In this document: positions 1-12,651 of the stretch, piece after piece | How the letters are laid out: each line of letters starts with the position of its first letter | How positions within the stretch are numbered: the first letter of the stretch is position 1 | Source of the DNA: Octopus sinensis | Taxonomy: Eukaryota | Reading direction: 5' to 3' | Assembly (NCBI RefSeq): GCF_006345805.1 | Contig: NC_043013.1 | Span: 40,610,001-40,674,000 of the forward strand | DNA: 64,000 bases | Notes under the pieces: model-generated | Told to the model about the DNA's origin: nothing | Database searches by the model: none | Seen by the model: only the letters and a program-made list of their open reading frames with translations | Made by a program: the position numbers and the translations under genes

Positions 1-313
1 TCATCATTTCTCACTTCATCTCTATCGTCCTCGAACCTCTTGTGCCAGCGAAAAAGTCGACCCAATAGCAGTTTGGTGGATTTCATAAGTTTCCGTAGCG
101 TTTTTACCCAGTTTAACACAAAACTTTATTGCGTAGCGAGCTTCTAAACGTCCCAGTTACATTCAGCTAAGTGTGTTGAAAGTTCTGTTACAGCCATCTT
201 TTTTCTTTCTGGAATAACAAGAGTTATTAGGCCAGTTTATCGATACACAAAACTTACAATTATAACTGCCTCCCCTAAAGTCTCAAATCTTCTAGAATGC
301 ATCTTGTTGGCGT
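1..313 (-). mobile_element. Mariner transposon remnant (5' end, cut by the window edge)
   Basis: Minus strand reads RLEARYAIKFCVKLGKNATETYEI then, after a frameshift, RLFRWHKRFEDDRDEV, the mariner N-terminal HTH; ends at TA. Confidence 0.75.
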
Positions 314-327
314 ATATACATTTTGTG

Positions 328-493
328 CATGTGTGTGTGTGTGCGCGCGTGTGTGCGTAGACAAACACATTCATACATACATACAAACATACATTCATAC
401 ATACATACATACATACATACATACATACATACATACATACATACATACATGTATATGTGTGTGTATTTATATATATATATATATATATATATG
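328..493. repeat. Compound microsatellite (TG)n/(CATA)n/(TA)n
   Basis: Seen directly. Confidence 0.95.
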
Positions 494-1329
494 TAGAAAA
501 ATACAAACTGGGACAAGAACGTAAAACATTTAGAAGACGATACAAAAAACACGGACGGGACATTCAAAGCCTTCAATCTTCAGTCAAGAACCAGATCATC
601 CCAGCAATTTCGGCTGATTAAGCTTGAGATCGCTCCGATCCGGCCAGCCCCAAGGAATAACTAAGCTACGAGCATTAGATTTCTTGGAAAAAGGATCGAA
701 TGTATACGAAACAGGGACAGAAAAACGGACGATGCCACACGAATATAAAATACCAAAAACAATAATAGTAAAATAGGACATATATATACACATATATATA
801 TGGAAAACAAAGATAAATACGGGTCTATGTTAAAGTTCTTATGCGCGTTTCCTCGTTGTGGTTGTTTGGAGCTTACAATAGATGTTCCAGATGCATATGG
901 GTGCTCACTCACAAAGGACCCTCAAGGACCACTTTACTGTATCGAGTTACAGATTATTCGATCCAGTATAAGCTTATGTTCTCTTTATTTTTCTTGCGTC
1001 TGCTCTGTAGCTCATAACGGTTAATACTACTCAGTAAAGAAGTTGATTAACAACTAATACAGAAAGCAGACTGGATGATGAAAATCTACGTGCAGCTCCA
1101 AACATAACAGTGTGTGTGTGTGTGTAGCGGAAAGATGTAAGGTCCTCACGTCGAACATACCAATTGTAGCGTGACGATGTAGCGACTGTTCAAGTGAAGA
1201 ACACCACAGTAACACGCAGAAGAATAACATCGAAGAATAAAGGATAATATTCACCAATTTATTTTTGCCGGTACAGTTAGTATGACAGATAGTAGTAATT
1301 GTAAATTGTTAGCGATGACAATATATTGG

Positions 1330-1547
1330 TAGAAACGTTAGCACGCCGGGCGAAATGCGTAGCCGTATTTCGTCTGCTGTTACGTTGTGAGTTCAAATTC
1401 CGCCGAGGTCGACTTTGCCTTTCATCCTTTCGGGGTCGATAAATTAAGTACCAGTTACGTTCTGGGATTGATGTAATCGACTTAATCCCTTTGTCTGTCC
1501 TTGTTTGTCCCCTCTATGTTTAGCCCCTTGTGGGCAATAAAGAAATA
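1330..1547 (+). mobile_element. tRNA-derived SINE, family A
   Basis: B-box-like gagttcaaattcc and the conserved core gcctttcatcctttcggggtcgataaattaagtacc; near-identical copies at 26308 and 48663. Confidence 0.85.
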
Positions 1548-2010
1548 AATATATTGGTATGTTTGTCGCTCGCAGATAGTGCTAGTGTGAATTGTGCGTT
1601 CTGCTGACAGAGAGGAAGAGAGGGTAAAGACTGCATTGTCCCCTTAAGATTCGGCCGAAAGATGCTCTCAGTTAGTCGGTTGAAAACCGAAGAGAACGAG
1701 AGAGAAATGCTCTCCGTAATGCAGTGCATGGCCAAGAAGTTGATCAAACATTAAGCAAAGGATTGACTCTTCCAAAATCAGCAAAGGTCCTAGGAAGTCA
1801 AGTTTTCCCCATCAGTTTTCCAGCATAGAGACAACGGACAAAGGATTAGATTTTCGCCTGACAAGCAACTCGTGTGTGGATTCGGTTTCGAATCAGAGCT
1901 AAACGAGGTCATGTATATATGTATATATATAGAGGTTTGAAAAGTTAGGATTTACAAACCGTTAGATCTACATGTGGTTCTAACAGTCTGTGCATCACGG
2001 TTATGAAGGC

Positions 2011-2090
2011 TATCCCACTGAAGAAACTGGCCTTGGCAAATATATTCTGTTTGTTTGCTGAAAATAGTTAGAAACCGTCGGTCTGGGATA
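2011..2090 (+). ncRNA. Type I hammerhead ribozyme (Penelope pLTR type)
   Basis: Helix I TATCCCA/TGGGATA; core CTGAAGA; extended helix II; GAAA; near-palindromic helix III ACCG-T-CGGT; GTC cleavage triplet ending at 2083. Lies in a ~350-bp insert between (TA)n tracts. Confidence 0.85.
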
Positions 2091-2283
2091 TAGTTGAGAA
2101 GGTAAATGTTTTTAATTTTCATTCCTTTCATGAATTTATCCCTTTTTGTGTTCTAGCATAACGCTTCCTTATTTGGAAGCCTCTTGTATTTCTATATGAA
2201 TAATATGTAGTCTAATGACCAATTCGTCTTTTGTGCTAGGCCACTGGTAATAATAATTTATTATTATCATCCTATTTTATTAT

Positions 2284-2319
<36 letters not shown>

Positions 2320-2322
<3 letters not shown>

Positions 2323-2801
2323 TCGATTACATTGGTCTAAGTACTCAACTAGTACTTATTTTATGACCCCCGTAAAGATGAAAGGTAGAGTCGACCTCGG
2401 CGGAATTTGAACTCAGAACGTAAAGCCAGAAGAAATGCTGCTAAGCATTTTGTCCGGCATGCTAAAAATTCTGGCATCTAACCGCCTTGGTTTGCTCGCA
2501 TATTGCTTACTGCTGTTATTTAGTGTTCAATAAATTTTAGAAAAAAAGGTTATACATACATAACAACCGTGCGTTTATATATAAAATTTATTGAACACTA
2601 AATAACAGCAGTAAGCAATATGCGAGCAAACCAAGGCGGTTAGATGCCAGAATTTTTAGCATGCCGGACAAAATGCTTAGCAGCATTTCTTCTGGCTTTA
2701 CGTTCTGAGTTCAAATTCCGCCGAGGTCGACTCTACCTTTCATCTTTACGGGGGTCATAAAATAAGTACTAGTTGAGTACTTAGACCAATGTAATCGACT
2801 A
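2320..2801. repeat. Inverted duplication: 220-bp arms (2320-2539 / 2582-2801), 42-bp spacer; contains SINE A plus its flank
   Basis: Arms are exact reverse complements by eye; the left arm abuts (TA)n. Confidence 0.95.
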
Positions 2802-3789
2802 GCTTCTCCCCGTCTAAAATTGCCAAAATTTGAAGCCAATATATTGTTTGTTTTTAATTAAAGCAACAGGAAATATAAATTTCCAAGTGTTTTAGTCACA
2901 AAAACAGAGTCATGGTGGTGGTGAGGAGGGGCGGAATACAACTACAAAAAGAATCTTTTTCAATAAGTTTTTTCACTTATTGCGAAAGAGGAATCAGTGT
3001 AAGTGGTTAATTGGAGCAGGCGGGGTGGTGGTATTTTGGCGAAGAAATATTGTTTGTACTAAACAACTAAACAAAGCGTCATTCATTCTATTGTTTCCTA
3101 ACCTCACTTGGAAAAAATACAACACTTCAACATACATGGATCAAAAGATACCAAATAATGTTTAACTCTTTCGTCTACTTACAACTTATACTTCAACAAG
3201 GTTTCTCCTACATTTTTTTCCTTTTATTTCAAAGCCTTTGATCAAATCCTTAATACCAGTCTGCCGTATCAAATTTATTGCGATATTCAGCAGAGACAGG
3301 ACAATCAGCTTGTCGCATAGTTAGTTGTTCTACTGGGATTTTTTAATATGTCTGGCTTAAGAAGGCTATCCTAAATCACATTTGTACTACGTTCTACTTA
3401 ACCAGTTTTCACCATCCTTTTACCAAGAAGTAATGCAATATGTTTATATCGTCAAAATAGCTAGCCCTCTATTTTGTTAATACATTGTAATATATTTAAT
3501 GAGAAACACGGGAAGTTGCTTGTAACTTTAAGTTATATAATACGTTAAAACACCCATTTCTTGACTTCAAATACTAACAGACCACAATGAACGAATAAAA
3601 GGACAGACATATAACAGGGTTATAATAGGTTATATTTCGACTTTTCGAGGTGGTTCATTTCTATCAAGGTTATTCATGACCGTTTTTACTTAAACATGTA
3701 AATCACAGATTACAACACTTAATAACTTCCTCTAGACACAGATCCTCACATACTTCTAATGATTCCTGATTTAGATGCAAGGAATGCAG

Positions 3790-3980
3790 TTTTTGAGGGG
3801 AGGGAATCAGTCGATTACATAGACCCCAGTGCTTGATTGGCTCTTTATTTTATCGATCTCGAAAGGATGAAAGGTAAACTAAATCTCGGCGGGATTTGAA
3901 CTGCGAATGTAAAAACCCGAAACAAATACTGCTAAGTATTTTCCCCACTGATGATCTAACGATAATCCCACCGCACTACC
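3790..3980 (-). mobile_element. SINE family A, diverged
   Basis: Reverse complement of the SINE A core (tttatcgatctcgaaaggatgaaagg). Confidence 0.7.
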
Positions 3981-4106
3981 TTTTGTACACCTCTAATGGC
4001 AGTGACTGTTACACAACTGTTAGAGTGAGCCGTTGAGGTTTGTTTGTGAAGCAGTTCTCAGATTTCAATGTTGTATTCTCAAGTCTGAAATAGATTGTAG
4101 CATGCC

Positions 4107-4529
4107 CGCGACGCTGGATTAAGCATTAAGCAAAATAAGTACGTGCTTAGGGTATCGATGGAGGGCGGGTACCACAGAAATGGTAGATGGTTTACTGCAT
4201 AAAAGAAATCACCTTAAACTTTCTAAAATAATATTCGAAGTGGTTTATATGATTGGTAATATAATTTCGAAGTGTTCATAGTGTCATGGTGAGGATTTAA
4301 TCAAAGATTTTGCAATTAAAAAAAGTAGAAAACTTTTCAACTATAAATAAAGTGGAAATATACAAAAATAAACATTATTTTCCAATTTACTGTTAGTTTT
4401 GTTTCATTTTGAAAAACAAAAAATTATTTTATGGTTTATTATCGTTTATATAATGTTTGAATTACATATATATGGGGGCATCAAAATCTTTTAAGCGCTT
4501 GCTTCTCTATGTGTTTTAATCTGTCCCTG
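4107..4529. mobile_element. Non-autonomous DNA transposon (hAT-like MITE)
   Basis: Degenerate TIRs (ctggattaa ... ttaatctgtccctg) around an AT-rich interior. Confidence 0.5.
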
Positions 4530-4589
4530 CATGACCGAATAGTCAAAACTTTCACTTAGCAATCTTGAGGGTCTGGGTTCAATGCTAGT

Positions 4590-5340
4590 GTGTGAAGGGT
4601 ATCTAGCGCGAATTAGAACTCAAAAGATCTGTTCAGCATCGATGGACAATGTCATCATAGTTGTGTCAGACACCAAGCACATCGAAGAGAAAACGAGACA
4701 GGTTAACAGGAGTCAAAATCAACCAGGAAAAGTCAGTGCATCTGTAGTTCGATTCCAGAAAAGGTAGATACATGCCATTCAACAGTATCGTGGATGGAAC
4801 GGTTAAATTGCTCGGGCTTTGGGTCAGATTTCCAAGGGAAGAAGAACTGAGACAAGGTGACGAGTAGAGTGGCCAGTCTCACCTAGAAGTGAGCTGTCAT
4901 CTATAATGGTCTAACCGTCGTACCTGGTCCCATTTCACATCTGGCCACACTGGAACGTCTTCTATTTTTCTTTTTATGAAAGAGATGCGTTCCACTGATC
5001 AGACTCTGCGTGGAAGACTGGGTATAATGTGGCTGATGGTGTGCGGACATGCTCTGACGCAACCTTGATGGGGAATAAGTGTAGTCGCCATTTGTCAGAC
5101 ATGTTTTTTTACTCTTTATATTTCTGTCAGAGCTGCAGTTCTTAGCCATGTGGAATGCTGCCGAGTGCTCACAACCATCTGTTCTCAGCAATGCTGGTGG
5201 TGGAAGTTCCACGCTTGCATTTTTAGAGAATTAGTAATGACCATAAGCGACGACGTTCCCGGGAAATCTCTGGGCGTCTATTTGTTAACTCAACCTTGTA
5301 TGTTTTGCAATGTTTCCACTCCCACACGGGGATTAATAGG
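4590..5340 (+). mobile_element. Decayed L1/Tx1-clade LINE RT fragment
   Basis: MDNVIIVVSD (YADDV-like), GVKINQEKSV, TLERLLFFFL*KRCVPLIR and LGIMWL resemble the Tx1 RT and post-RT region; frameshifted. Confidence 0.6.
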
Positions 5341-5614
5341 TATGGAGTTTTGCAATATGTTTATGTTTTTATAAGAGTTGGTAGAAAGTTTTATAATAAC
5401 CTCGTAATAGTCTTATCATCAATATATTTATTTTAGATATAACCGCACCTTGATAGACCAATTTCGTAATCATTTTAAATACCAGCTCATATTTTACAGG
5501 TATTAATTTTCATGATAACCAACTAACTTTTAGAGAAAATTTTAGAGACGGATTTTTCGCCAGTATAAACAAGACCCAGCTGGGAGATTTAAAGCACATG
5601 CTTATTTATACAAG

Positions 5615-5810
5615 ATAAGCTCTCGTTCCGGAAAACTGCTTCGCGACAATTCTTCAGACTATACGTTCTGAGTTCAAACGCCACCGGAATCGACGTTACC
5701 TTCCATCCTTTCGGGGTCCATAATATATGTACCAGTTGAACACTACGGTTGATGTAATCGACTCTCCCGCTCCTCTGAGATTGTTGACCTAGTACCAAAA
5801 TTTGAAACTA
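5615..5810 (+). mobile_element. SINE family A, diverged
   Basis: ctgagttcaaac...ccttccatcctttcggggtc core. Confidence 0.7.
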
Positions 5811-7745
5811 ATTTAGTAGACCTCTTAATCAAATGAATTCTAGTTGAAACCATCTTTTCTTCTTTTCTTTTTTCACACAGTATATCCACGGCTACATCAT
5901 CCGATATATCTTTTTTTTTAAGACTCCTATATCCAGAAGATAAATTTTGACTCTTATCTCCAGAAGGCAAAATGACCGCTTGCGGTCTCCCTCGTTGACT
6001 CCCTATCTGTATCAATGTTCAAGCACGGAGTTTTTACAGTATACCAATATTAGCAAACAATATTAAATCTTATAAATTTCATTACTGAAACCTCAATCCC
6101 GATTAAATATATATTTGTGAAAATCCGAGATGAAGCATCTATTGTACGATAATTGAATCTAACACACACCGTAGGAAAGGGCTAAGACTATTCGGTCATT
6201 TTGATTGTTCTTTGCATAATCTCCCCAACATTAAAAATCTTGAGTTTTCCTCCGCAAAACAAAAGGTGGGGGTTTAAAGATAGTAGACCTGAGCTGTATT
6301 TTATGTTTTGGAAATTCTTAGGATTTAAAACTTTTAATTCATTCATTCATGAAAAATGTAATATGATTTAATGAATTCCTATTATTACCAAGTACAGTGT
6401 TGTGCAAAGGCAGGACCTCTTAATGTTCACGAATTAAAGTTTTTGTTACATTCTGGTCGATTACTGGCCAATCTGTGTGTGTGTGTGTGCGTGCGCGTGC
6501 ATTTAAACTCAGAATGCCGGAATCAGAAACTATCGTCAATCCAGCAAAACGGGTGCCATATTTGGTATCAGCACCAAATATTTTCTCACGTATCATTGGT
6601 TACTAATAAAAATAGGACTAACTCATTAAAAAGAAATTGTTTCTCTCTTTCTTACGCACGCACGCGCACACACACATACTCTCTCTCTCATAAGAAAGTA
6701 AGCTTTACACAAAATCAAATCTGTTATTGACAATGGCGACTGTGATATTCAAAATTCATTGAGTTAACGGCCGACAGAACGAAGTTCCTTTCAAAATACA
6801 GATTCAAATATATTCAAGTATATATTATACGTTTCATTTATTTTGTGATTTTCTTTTACTAATCTTAATTAACTTTATTGATAACATTATGGTAATTAAC
6901 GGCCTGAAATATAATATGGCAGTGATATCAGTTACAAATTGATAATTAACGTAAACGTTTTCTGTAAAACAACGTCCGTTAGAGATATTTCTTTATCATA
7001 GGTTGTTAATGCGATCTTTGATTAGAAGGATATAGCGTCTAAGGCGTTCCAGTCATGACTATCCCATCTTTTCGTGTATGAGCTATTTATTTTAAAGATG
7101 TTAGGGAATTTGGACGTTATTTAGCCGGTCGAGGAACCACGTTGAGGCCTCCTTTTTCAGCGATGTATATCTTTCATACGCTATGCATCAAAGGTCATTG
7201 ACTGTCGAAAGTTAAGAAATCTTGTTTGTTCTTACTACAAGGCGTTGCAGGATATTTTGGTTACAACATGTCTGTACCGACGACTTAATGTTACACTGTT
7301 CCAAATAGTCTGCCCTGATTAACTTCCACAGATTTTTCTCACATAGCGGTTTTCTCGAATAAATGAACTGAAAACTAGAAACGTGTCAAATTCTGCACTC
7401 AAATCGCTTAAGAAATATTAAATTATTTAAATAGTTATAAACTTGAATTATTTATGAGCCTCTGAATATGAACTTGTTTTCTAAACCCTGTATTTAACTG
7501 TATTTATTTAACAAATCTTTGATGATATACAATTTATATAGTATTTCCGCCTTCCCTAGTGTGCAATAAATCCTTGTTTCATTTTACTTAACCACTTAAC
7601 TATTTGCAAAAACCTATGTGGTCATATAAAGCTGACTTCATCTTTCAGCAGGTCTACCCAAATTGCAATTATAATTTCAGATTCATGCAACCGTGACTTA
7701 CTTAAGTATCTTACGTGTAAATTATGTAATCACCACCACTCGTTT

Positions 7746-7810
<65 letters not shown>

Positions 7811-8063
7811 ATTATGCCACCCTCAGGAATAACATTCAGTTCTTAATTTTTTTACAGTATCTTTCAGCACATTATCGACATGCCTTGTGTCAGATTGTCA
7901 TTCAATACAAGCACACACCCCATCCCACCAAATATTCACGAAAATTTTAGCACCATCTTAATTTTATATAAATATGGCAACATGCTTGCCTTAATTTTCA
8001 ACTCCCATAGCCCAACCCTCTTGAGAAACACTGTCTTATGTTATTATTACTATATATATATAT

Positions 8064-9320
8064 ATCATCATCATCATCATCATCATTTAGCGTCCGCTTT
8101 CCATGCTAGCATGGATTGGACGGTTCAACTGGGGTCTGGGAGGCCAGAAGGCTGCACCAGGCCCAGTCACCAGACCCAGTCTGATCTGGCAATGTTTCTA
8201 CGGCTGGATGCCCTTCCTAACGCCAACCACTCCGTGAGTGTAGTGGTGCTTTTTACGTGCCACCGGCACAGGTGCCAGACAAGGCTGGCAAACGGCTACG
8301 ATCGGATGGTGCTTTTTACGTGTCACCGGCACGGGGGCGAGGCTGGCAAACGGCCATGATCGGATGGTGCTTTTTACGTGCCACCGGCACGGGGGCCAGG
8401 CGAGGCTAGCAACGGCCACGATCGGATGGCGCTTTTTACGTGCCACCGGCACGGAGGCCCGTCGGGGCGGCGCTGGCAACGGCCACGATCGGGTGGTGCT
8501 TTTTACGTGCCACCGGCACGGAGGCCCGTCGGGGAGGCGCTGGCAACGGCCACGTTCGGATGGTTCGCTTACGTGCCACCGGCACTAGTATCACAGCTAC
8601 AATTTCCATTGATGTTGATCGATTTCGATTTTCATTTGCCTCAACAGGTCTTCACAAGTAGTGTTTTGTGTCCCAAGAAGGAAAGGTATGCATAAGTGGA
8701 CTGGCTACATCCCAGGTAGAGGCCACGGGTTATGGTCTCACTTGTCCTGCCGGGTCTTCTGTGCGAGAGGCCTTTTGTCACCAGCAGAGGTAAGAGCTCT
8801 CTGAACTTTGCCCAGGCTATTCTTACTCTGGCAGTTACACTTTCAGCACACCCACCCCCGCTGCTGACTTGGTCACCTAGGTAACGGAAGCTATCAACTA
8901 TTTCTAGTTTTTCTCCCTGGAATGTGTCGGAAATTGGTCTCTGCGCATTTTCAGTGTTTATTGCTCCTGAGCATCTGCCACATACAAAAACTATCTTCCT
9001 AGTTAGCCTTCCTTTGACATTGCTGCACCTCTTATGTGTCCATAGCTTACACTTGGTGCATCTTATAGAGTTTCTACCTACGCCTTTTCTACAGATCGAG
9101 CAGGGCCATCTACCTGAAGGCGTTTGTGATTTGTCTACCTTCCTACTTATTTGGAGTTTGGTTTTAGCTAGGTTGACTGTAAGGCCCTTTGATTCTAATC
9201 CTTGCTTCCACACCTGAAACTTCTCCTCCAGTTCTGATAGTGACTCAGCAATTAGAGCAAGGTCATCAGCATAGAGGAGCTCCCAGGGGCATCCTGTCTT
9301 GAATTCCTCCATTATTGCCT
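8064..9320 (-). mobile_element. 5'-truncated RTE-clade LINE with an internal deletion, 3' UTR tandem repeats and a (GAT)n tail
   Basis: ORF 8641-9312 has WELLYADDLALIAES, GLTVNLAKTK, a Cys/His finger and FRYLG; ~60-bp tandem units at 8240-8590; (cat)n at 8064-8086. Confidence 0.9.
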
Positions 9321-10601
9321 TGTGGTGTTTCTTCCTACTCTCTGCCTTCTGAGTTTAAATTCCACTGAAGTCAACTTTACCTACCTTTTGACTACTGGGA
9401 TCAATGGTATTGTTAACACATCAGACAAGATGACATCTGGTATTTGTTTTTAGTGTGTTCCTATACTGATCTATGTCATATTTTTAAAAACCCTTTAGCA
9501 TTTAAATCGGTCATATCTGGCCCAAATACTGAACCTATTTTATGGCCTTTCACACCTACCTGACAATGTCATTCTAAAAACAGACAATCACATTATCGAG
9601 ATCTCAAAACTATGAGTTAATGCATGATTATTCATTCTAAACAATGTGAATAAAAAAGTATTACATTTGACAGAGTAATCTGAATGTTTAAAGGGTTAAG
9701 AATAGTTTGAAGGAGATTTTGCTGTCATTTCTAGAATGCCAAATGACAATGTGGAACGTCCTCAAAACCACAATAAACAAAAGCTCAGTAACAGGCCAAC
9801 CAACCATCGAATTTTTGTTTTTGTCTCTTTTATATCTCGAGTTGTGTTTGTCACTTCTACCTTAACACAGAACCTGATTAGATTGTCCACAATTGATAAG
9901 GAACCAAATTAGTCCACATGATGTCACTTGATACTGCAGCTTTCTATGTTCAGAAAATACCCGAGCCAACATTATTAGTTGTTATTGCTGATGTTTAACT
10001 CCAAGTCGGACTTGGCACACCTCTGAATCAAAGACATTCCTAGAAGATGGTTGGAATTCCTATGATTATAGAACAGCTCAATCAAAAATGACATTAATTT
10101 ATAACAAAATTTCTTACAACTACATAAATTTATCATATTTCTTTCCTCCTTGTTTTCCATTATCTCCTCTTTCTGTTTTTTTTACCCGTTCTCAATTTTT
10201 TTCTACTTTTACTCAAATTTAATCATTTGATATTAATTTAATGATTTTCTTCATCTTACCACCCTCAAACTTCTAATTAAAACATAATTAGCTTGTTAAA
10301 TACCGTACTTAACTCTACTTGACAGCTTTTAATCAAGATATTTTATTTCTGAAGCATAGTGTGTATGTGTGTGTGTGTTTGTCTATGATCATCATTTATA
10401 CATCTACTTTTACATGCTTGAATGGTTTGGACTGAGTTTTGTTTTATTGAGGCAGATTTTTTCATGTCCAGATGCTCTTCCTGACATTAACCCTCATCTG
10501 TTTCCGGTTAAGGTAATATTTCTCAATGGCTAAACATATTTTCAGGGAATATTGGAAATGGGTCACTTGCCTATTAAATATCAAAATGAGACACAAACAT
10601 A

Positions 10602-10806
10602 CTCTCTCTATCTCTTTCTCTCTATCTCTTTCTCACTCTCTCTATCTCTTTCTCCCTATCTCTTCTCTCTCTTTCTCTCTCTCTTTTCTTTCTCTTTCTC
10701 TCTCTCTCCTTTTCTCTCCTTTTCTCTCTCTTTCTTTCTCTCTCTCTCTCTCTCTTTTTCTCTCTTTCTCTCTGTCTGTTTGCCTGCCTGTCTACCTGTC
10801 TCTCTC
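10602..10806. repeat. Imperfect (CT)n polypyrimidine tract
   Basis: Seen directly. Confidence 0.9.
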
Positions 10807-12651
10807 ACACACATATTTGGTAGGCTTCTCTCAGTTTCTATCTATGTCTACCAGACCTGCTCACCAGGCTTTGGTCAGCCATGGCTATAGTAGACAACAC
10901 TTGTCCATGGCGCCATGCAATGGGACTGAACCTGAAACCATGGTTGGGAAGCAACTTCTTCATCACACAGTCACATCTGTACACACATATATATTCCAAG
11001 GGGTGAGAAATTCAAAGAAGCTATGTCTAGCCACTGATAATAAAGAACCCCAAAATAAGTCAGTGAATAAACACTTAATCTATATTCATTAGTCCAACAA
11101 AATATATTTTGTTTCATTTGTCATTAACTCTTGATGGAGTCATAAGGCAGCCATCATAATATACAGCATATTTTGAGAATTTTCAACCTGGTGAGCCCTT
11201 ATTGTTTTGCTATAGCCAGATTCCATCCTGAGCCGCAGCAACAAAGTCTATCCACTACACTTCTCAGTCCATTATCACTGCCTCGAGGTCCTGGATGCAT
11301 TCTAGGTCAGTGTCTGCAATTAACTTGTCAATGTGTGATGACATTTTCTTCTTACATCACCATGAAGTGGGTTCCACAAGACAAGTTTGGATGCTTCTAT
11401 TTCATGGTGGTGCATGCAGTGACTAGATAGTCGCAGCTGTCTTTACCTGATCTTCTTGCTAACTTTTGGCAGGTCTCCATAAAGACATTCATTCATCATA
11501 TGTTACTGTCATTTCACTTTTAAGGCCATTCGTAGCATCCTTTTGTAGCATTCATTTAGCCTGTTTGATAATTTCTTTGCCAGTGTCCATGTTTCACTGC
11601 CATATAGTGGCCCTTTCCTCTCCATGTCCGAACACATACACATTCAAAAAGAAGCCAGGTAATTTATGTAAGCATTGCTTATTAAATATTCCATATATGG
11701 ATGCGAATGTGTATGCATGCGTGCCTGTGTGTGTGTGTGTGTATATATGAACAAGAAATGATATCACCAGAAATTTGCACAGATAACATAAATTTCTTTC
11801 AGCATATTGTGACAGATACAGCTATTTACATTAAGTATACATTGAAATCTTTTATGTTTAAACACCTGGTTTTTAAGGACATAACAACATTGATTAAATT
11901 TATATTAGAAATTCTAATTGAACTATGTCCATCATGGTGAAATTTGTTGCTATATGATGGTGTTTATAACTCATACCAGCATGAAAAAGAAAATGAATGC
12001 AAATTTATAATGGTGGCGATACATTATAATTATAAAGACAATGGAATGGCAGCAGATTTACAGACTTCAAAGAATTCTTCAACCCTAAGCATTTAGGATA
12101 TGGGTATTTAAAACAATGATTTCTGTGGAATGTACTGAGCTTATGGCTAGTCTTAGTGTGTGTGTATGTTTATATAATTGTGTTGAATTTAGGTGCATAT
12201 GTATTTTAAATAAACATCTTATATACCCTTAGTGGTGTCTGTTTGTGAATGTATGAGTATATTCGTGCATGTTTATGTGTTTAGTTGCTGTGTTTTATCT
12301 GGTTTCTCTTTGGTTTTCCATTGTGTAACAATTTCGAGGATTTATTTATTTACATCTGTTATTAAAATAACAAAAAACAAAGACGTTGTGTTCTTGCTCC
12401 TGCAAGTTGTGGGTGTGCACGTATGTGTTTTCTCCATCATGCTCTGTGTGCATGTGTGTATTTAGGCTGGGTGTACCAGCAACTGAGAAAACAAAAAAAA
12501 ACAAACGAAAATGAACACCAAACATACAAACAAACAACATCTCAAGAAAACGGTACATACACATTGAACTAAATACATCGAAGAAAGGAGCAACTCAATA
12601 AAACTGGCCTTCGTTTCAATAATAACACTAATGAGACCATGGAAGTGACTT

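Noticed and set aside
494-780. TA-embedded element as another hammerhead carrier
   Set aside because: The minus strand has GGCTG...CAGCC-GAAA but no catalytic core in the right position.
1123-1274. Possible solo LTR (TGTAGCGG...CCGGTACA with AATAAA)
   Set aside because: Short, with no clear TSD or second copy; insufficient support.
1330-1400. tRNA genes at A/B-box-like motifs
   Set aside because: These are SINE heads; no cloverleaf.
5853-6030. Strong plus-strand acceptor (tttcacacag at 5880) and a 90-aa minus-strand ORF
   Set aside because: No matching donor, recognisable protein or partner exons.
10526-11092. 188-aa Leu/Ser-rich ORF
   Set aside because: A (CT)n tract running into a SINE B.
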